10,196 nt of DNA from the NCBI GenBank assembly GCA_016933575.1, contig JAFGAR010000085.1, positions 1-10,196 on the forward strand. Reading direction: 5' to 3'. Of the stretch, positions 6,866 to 10,196 are shown in pieces. A program made the translations under genes and the position numbers. The notes under the pieces were generated by a model. It saw only the letters and a list, made by a program, of their open reading frames with translations. It did not search any database and had not been told where the DNA came from. Positions within the stretch are counted from its first letter, which is position 1. Each line of letters starts with the position of its first letter. This DNA comes from Candidatus Thorarchaeota archaeon (GTDB taxonomy: Archaea > Asgardarchaeota > Thorarchaeia > Thorarchaeales > Thorarchaeaceae).

Positions 6866-7633
6866 TCACCTTGAGAAATTCCAATCCTTCGTGGCATACT
6901 TGTGCCTCACCAGCTCCTCTACACGATCCTTCTCCTTTGTCGTCAGAGCATCTGACACTAAATCTATACAGAGACCTTCACTAAAACCCTGAGCTAATGC
7001 TTCTCTTAATGATTCAATCGAGATATTAGAACCCAGGATGTCTCGAATCGATGTGACTCTCTCTTTCACATCCGCGATCATCTTATCCGATATTTTCTCC
7101 TTTGGTACCTTTAGGATAGAAAACATCAGTTCAACATCGAGGTCAAGTAAGACTGTTCCATGTTGTAGTAAGCATCCATGTTTACGAGTCTGTGCATTCC
7201 CAGAGATCTTCTTGTTTCCTGACACAATGTCGTTGATTGGCTTGAATTCCGAGGGTATCCCTAGAATATCCAATCCTCTGATGATTCCAGCGCATATTAG
7301 TCCGTATGACTCAAAGATATCCACTGGTGCAAGTCTGTGACTCTTCGGCATGATAATACTGTAGGTGATCTCTCCTTCGTAATCATGGTAGACTGCGCCG
7401 CCCCCAGTTATTCTACGAATCGCATCGATTTTCCGTTTCCTGCAGAATTCGATGTCAACCTCTTCAGTCATTCCCTGAAATGTACCAATAGAAACTGCTG
7501 ATGGATTCCACCGATAGAATCTGAGAGTAGGAGGTGATTCATCTTCTTTGATCGATAGCATTATCGATTCATCAATTGCCATGTTATGAAAAGCGTCATG
7601 TGTGGATAGCTCTAGGAATCGGAACTCGTCCAT
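6866..7633 (-). CDS. lplA: Lipoate-protein ligase catalytic subunit (BPL/LplA/LipB family), LplA
   Basis: NMAIDE, PTLRFYRW, SIG, RRITGGGAVYHD, NDI..KKISGNAQ (catalytic Lys) and LQHGT motifs; ends W-N-F-S-R like catalytic-domain-only archaeal LplA. Confidence 0.96.
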   Translation of the reverse strand: MDEFRFLELSTHDAFHNMAIDESIMLSIKEDESPPTLRFYRWNPSAVSIGTFQGMTEEVDIEFCRKRKIDAIRRITGGGAVYHDYEGEITYSIIMPKSHRLAPVDIFESYGLICAGIIRGLDILGIPSEFKPINDIVSGNKKISGNAQTRKHGCLLQHGTVLLDLDVELMFSILKVPKEKISDKMIADVKERVTSIRDILGSNISIESLREALAQGFSEGLCIDLVSDALTTKEKDRVEELVRHKYATKDWNFSR

Positions 7634-8634
7634 ATCTTCACCAATCCTGCATCATTAAGAGCTTGTTCGATTTCATCTTGATATAAGGGCCTTGGATAGT
7701 TATACATCGGACCCCGAGGTCTCTCATTGTAAAAGGGTCGGTTGCATCCAGGACATCCAGAGACTTGGAACGCGGTACCTGATGCTAGCAGTTCTCTAAG
7801 ATCATCTTCGTTCTTCATGAATACCATGCGACCATGCTCATCAAGCTGCAGTTCCTCCTTCGTAATCGCTTCTTTCATAATGAGATATCTAAGAATCTGG
7901 ACACGTCTATACATACCTAGGTTCGGAGGTTCTTCTTTGGCTAAGGCAGTGCCCTCGACTGGAGTGAATGCGAACAAGCCCACTCGAATATTCATAGATT
8001 TCATCAAGAATAGGAATTCAACGACATCAGATTCTGATTCACCCAGTCCAATAATAAGATGAGTTGTTACCTTATCTTCTCCAAAAATCGATTGAGCCTT
8101 CTTGACTGCAGCAATGTGTTTCCCCCATGTGTAATCGCTATTTCGCGAATTTCCCTTGATACGATCAAAGAGTGCTGGCGTGCATGCATCAAAAGCTATT
8201 CCAATTCGCTCTACTTCAGCCTCCTTAATGCGAATCATCTCATCAACATCGATGGGATGTATGCAGACGGAGATCTTCGCTCCCTTAGCATTCCGAGCAA
8301 TACCTGCAAGTGCAATTACATCTTCAACGACCCCATCATAGTTCAGTGTTTGAATACAAACACGTTGGAACTTACCCTCCCTTGCAAGCTCTCTCTCCAC
8401 ATCCTCAACTTTGAACCTTGGCCATCCTATTCTTGATAGCATCTCGGGATCAGAATCGCTAGTCGTTGCTTGAGGGCAGAAGGCACAATTAGCTGAGCAG
8501 CCTCCAGGATGATAAGTCATTAGAAAGGCGGTTGTGAAATTCTCAGGGACCTTTCCTGATTCCAACCCAAGCTTCATTGCAGTTCCGAGAGATATTCTTA
8601 CGAATTCAACCAATTCCATCGCAGGTTCGTACAT
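7612..8634 (-). CDS. lipS2: Radical SAM lipoyl synthase component LipS2 (biotin-synthase-like)
   Basis: CX3CX2C motif (CSANCAFC) plus C-terminal SGCPGCNRPFYNERP, matching the TXGCPXC(N/D)RP motif described for Thermococcus LipS2. THLIIGLGESE and LFAFTP motifs present. Adjacent to lplA/lplB. Start may be 8634 or 8619. Confidence 0.88.
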   Translation of the reverse strand: MYEPAMELVEFVRISLGTAMKLGLESGKVPENFTTAFLMTYHPGGCSANCAFCPQATTSDSDPEMLSRIGWPRFKVEDVERELAREGKFQRVCIQTLNYDGVVEDVIALAGIARNAKGAKISVCIHPIDVDEMIRIKEAEVERIGIAFDACTPALFDRIKGNSRNSDYTWGKHIAAVKKAQSIFGEDKVTTHLIIGLGESESDVVEFLFLMKSMNIRVGLFAFTPVEGTALAKEEPPNLGMYRRVQILRYLIMKEAITKEELQLDEHGRMVFMKNEDDLRELLASGTAFQVSGCPGCNRPFYNERPRGPMYNYPRPLYQDEIEQALNDAGLVKIWTSSDS

Positions 8635-8639
8635 GAAAT

Positions 8640-8712
8640 ATGCCTTAATGTTGTCGCTTCATGAAAATTCCAAGCTAGTACAAAGAAATAATAACGACGA
8701 GGTGAAAGGCAT
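8640..8712. repeat. Inverted repeat set in the divergent spacer upstream of lipS2
   Basis: ATGCCTT (8640-8646) / AAGGCAT (8706-8712) is a perfect IR. Inner TTGTCG (8651-8656) / CGACGA (8695-8700) pairs with one G-U. Perfect palindrome TTCATGAA at 8658-8665. Confidence 0.4.
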
Positions 8713-8724
8713 CTCTGGTGTAAC

Positions 8725-9018
8725 GTGGTGAAGGCAAGACAGCGAGTGAAAACATTTGCAACCGAACAAAAGATGCTTTTGTTCACACAGATTGCAATTC
8801 TGATAGGACTGATGGTACAGGTAGGAATCTTCTTTTCATTGCTTATATGGGGTCGTCCACCTGTCGCTGAGACCGAGCTTGTTCTGCAATTCTTTCTCAC
8901 TGCAGCTCTGTGGATATTCACAATCAACTTTAGTACCATCCTCTTCTGGTGGGTCTCACGCCTAGGTCCCTGGACCATCACAATAGAGCCTGAAGAAGAA
9001 ACTCATCCTCCTAACTGA
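8725..9018 (+). CDS. Small membrane protein with two predicted TM helices, hypothetical
   Basis: Two hydrophobic segments (LLFTQIAILIGLMVQVGIFFSLLIWG; LVLQFFLTAALWIFTINFSTILFWWV), basic N-terminus and acidic tail. Fills the gap between lipS2 and the next gene. Start uncertain (GTG 8725/8728 or ATG 8773). Confidence 0.7.
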   Translation: MVKARQRVKTFATEQKMLLFTQIAILIGLMVQVGIFFSLLIWGRPPVAETELVLQFFLTAALWIFTINFSTILFWWVSRLGPWTITIEPEEETHPPN

Positions 9019-9934
9019 TGGAGATGCTTACTGAATCGTCTATCTCGAACTTTTCAAGGAATCCAGAGTAACTGAGAGGAATCACCTTTAATGAAGGCTT
9101 TCCATGCTTAGATGCCCTCTTTGGGAAAAGATATGTGGAGAAACCCTGTATTGGCTGATCATTGATTGAGATTCGAAAACCCTGCCATTGCTGGAATAAT
9201 ACTACCCACTGGCTGAACTCTTTCGTATAACCAATCTCAGTAGTACCAAGAAGCACATTTCCATGTTCACAAGATGCCGTCAGATGCACGCCTCCATGAG
9301 GATAATGAGGGACTCCCGCATCCAAAATGCCTTTCTTTCCACAACAAGATGCCAGATGCCCAACATAATCTCCGATACATCCATATTCGGAATCATAGGA
9401 CCTAAGTAGCATATAGTCAGGTTTGATGGCATCAACTTGCCAAGAGGAATCCAAGATAGATTCTCCAGAATATATTGAGATGGGTGAATTTCGTGTCAAG
9501 GTGTTCTCAAGGTTGTAAGATTTCGATGATCGTTTGAAATCTGCAAAGTGCATTGCCTCAATGTGATAGTGCGGGTCAGTCCAGAAATTGAAGTATCGGG
9601 ATCTGATCAAGGATCCAATGATATCTCCAACTCTGACTTCTTGATCAAGCACCACATCAGGCTTGCAATGAAGAATCCGGAACATGATGTCAGGATTCTC
9701 AAGAGGGATGATACCAATGGCATAGTCATATTCATCGGTCGGGAATTCCTTTTTTCGTCCCATCCTTATCTGTCGCAGCTGAGCTATGGTCCCAGAAATA
9801 GGCGACTGGGTTGGACCATACCATCTTTCGTGACTTGGATAAACATCAATAGCAGCTTGCTGACTATGACCAATATATGGACTGTTGAAGAACGAGAGTG
9901 CTGCATCGGAGGGTACTGAGAGCTTAGTTCCCAT
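9011..9934 (-). CDS. M23/LytM-fold Zn-peptidase-like archaeal protein (307 aa)
   Basis: Start reassigned to ATG 9934 (SD GGAGTGA; avoids overlap with the upstream gene). M23 elements occur in the right order: H..AID (GHSQQAAID), SPISGTI, ILH, VRVGDIIG and PHYHIE (HxH). Extra C-terminal region with LDAGVPHYPHGG. Confidence 0.75.
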   Translation of the reverse strand: MGTKLSVPSDAALSFFNSPYIGHSQQAAIDVYPSHERWYGPTQSPISGTIAQLRQIRMGRKKEFPTDEYDYAIGIIPLENPDIMFRILHCKPDVVLDQEVRVGDIIGSLIRSRYFNFWTDPHYHIEAMHFADFKRSSKSYNLENTLTRNSPISIYSGESILDSSWQVDAIKPDYMLLRSYDSEYGCIGDYVGHLASCCGKKGILDAGVPHYPHGGVHLTASCEHGNVLLGTTEIGYTKEFSQWVVLFQQWQGFRISINDQPIQGFSTYLFPKRASKHGKPSLKVIPLSYSGFLEKFEIDDSVSISIS

Positions 9935-9974
9935 TATCACTCCGATGCTTCTCAATGAAGGCCATCCTCTTCCT

Positions 9975-10196
9975 TTAGATCTGCTTTGCGGCATCATAGA
10001 TTGGCCATAGCTTGCTTTGCCATGCTGAGAGCCCTTCGGGTGATGTTGGATACTGTGCATAGACCTCACGAATATCTTCCATCAGATGAGCTACCTTTTG
10101 CACACGCAAGAGTAGAGGTATGTTCCCAAATCCTGAAAGCAGTCTTCTAAACTTATCACCAGTACCGATCTTCATCTTTCCGGTCATGCTAGTATC
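9975..10196 (-). CDS. Geranylgeranyl reductase (digeranylgeranylglycerophospholipid reductase) family, C-terminal end only
   Basis: The frame is open to the right edge (DTSMTGKMKIGTGDKFRRLLSGFGNIPLLLRVQKVAHLMEDIREVYAQYPTSPEGLSAW...). From memory it matches the C-terminus of Sulfolobus-type GGR (S..G.L.L...DK..R..SG.G...LL.....VA..M..I...Y..YP.SP..L..W). The FAD-binding part lies outside the window. Confidence 0.75.
   Translation of the reverse strand, partial: DTSMTGKMKIGTGDKFRRLLSGFGNIPLLLRVQKVAHLMEDIREVYAQYPTSPEGLSAWQSKLWPIYDAAKQI

Noticed and set aside
6859-6897. LplA-LplB fusion by TGA (selenocysteine) readthrough, or the longer lplB start at 6897
   Set aside because: lplB is in a different frame from lplA and has its own SD and ATG at 6861; split LplA/LplB is known in archaea.
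7612-8634. Biotin synthase BioB or classical LipA
   Set aside because: It lacks the LipA CX4CX5C motif, carries the LipS2 GCPxCNRP motif, and sits in a lipoate ligase operon.
4927-9919. Shadow ORFs 4927-5151, 5398-5703, 6653-6874, 7038-7340, 7742-8062, 8059-8436, 8156-8341, 8534-8731, 8598-8981, 9548-9919
   Set aside because: They overlap better-supported genes on the opposite strand. The hydrophobic look of 5398-5703 is an artefact of antisense AAG/GAA codons.
9935-10069. 45-aa N-terminal extension of the M23-like ORF
   Set aside because: It overlaps the GGR 3' end by 95 nt, and ATG 9934 has a strong SD.
1-10196. tRNA/rRNA, CRISPR array, transposase or integrase
   Set aside because: The window is almost fully coding, spacers are at most ~180 nt, and no regular repeats, cloverleaf or recombinase motifs were seen by eye.

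Overview
Compact archaeal chromosomal window with 12 probable protein-coding genes. I found no RNA gene, CRISPR array or mobile element. Archaeal origin is supported by GGTGA/GGAG ribosome-binding sites, a BRE/TATA-like promoter, LipS2, split LplA/LplB and a Sulfolobus-type geranylgeranyl reductase C-terminus. An Asgard (Thorarchaeia-like) origin is plausible but only inferred. Left to right: a partial ATP-grasp ligase missing from the ORF track (-); a HEAT-repeat protein (+); a 526-aa acidic-head / long coiled-coil / C-terminal winged-helix protein (+); a convergent three-gene unit (Lys-rich coiled-coil protein, membrane HExxH metalloprotease, small winged-helix protein) (-); an acidic hypothetical (+); a lipS2-lplA-lplB lipoylation operon (-); a small 2-TM protein (+); an M23/LytM-like Zn peptidase (-); and the 3' end of a geranylgeranyl reductase (-). 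The best candidate for an undescribed system is the 2460-5913 block. Its large coiled-coil protein has an intermediate-filament-like head-rod-tail layout with weak matches to both IF rod-end motifs. All family assignments come from reading motifs by eye; no searches were run.
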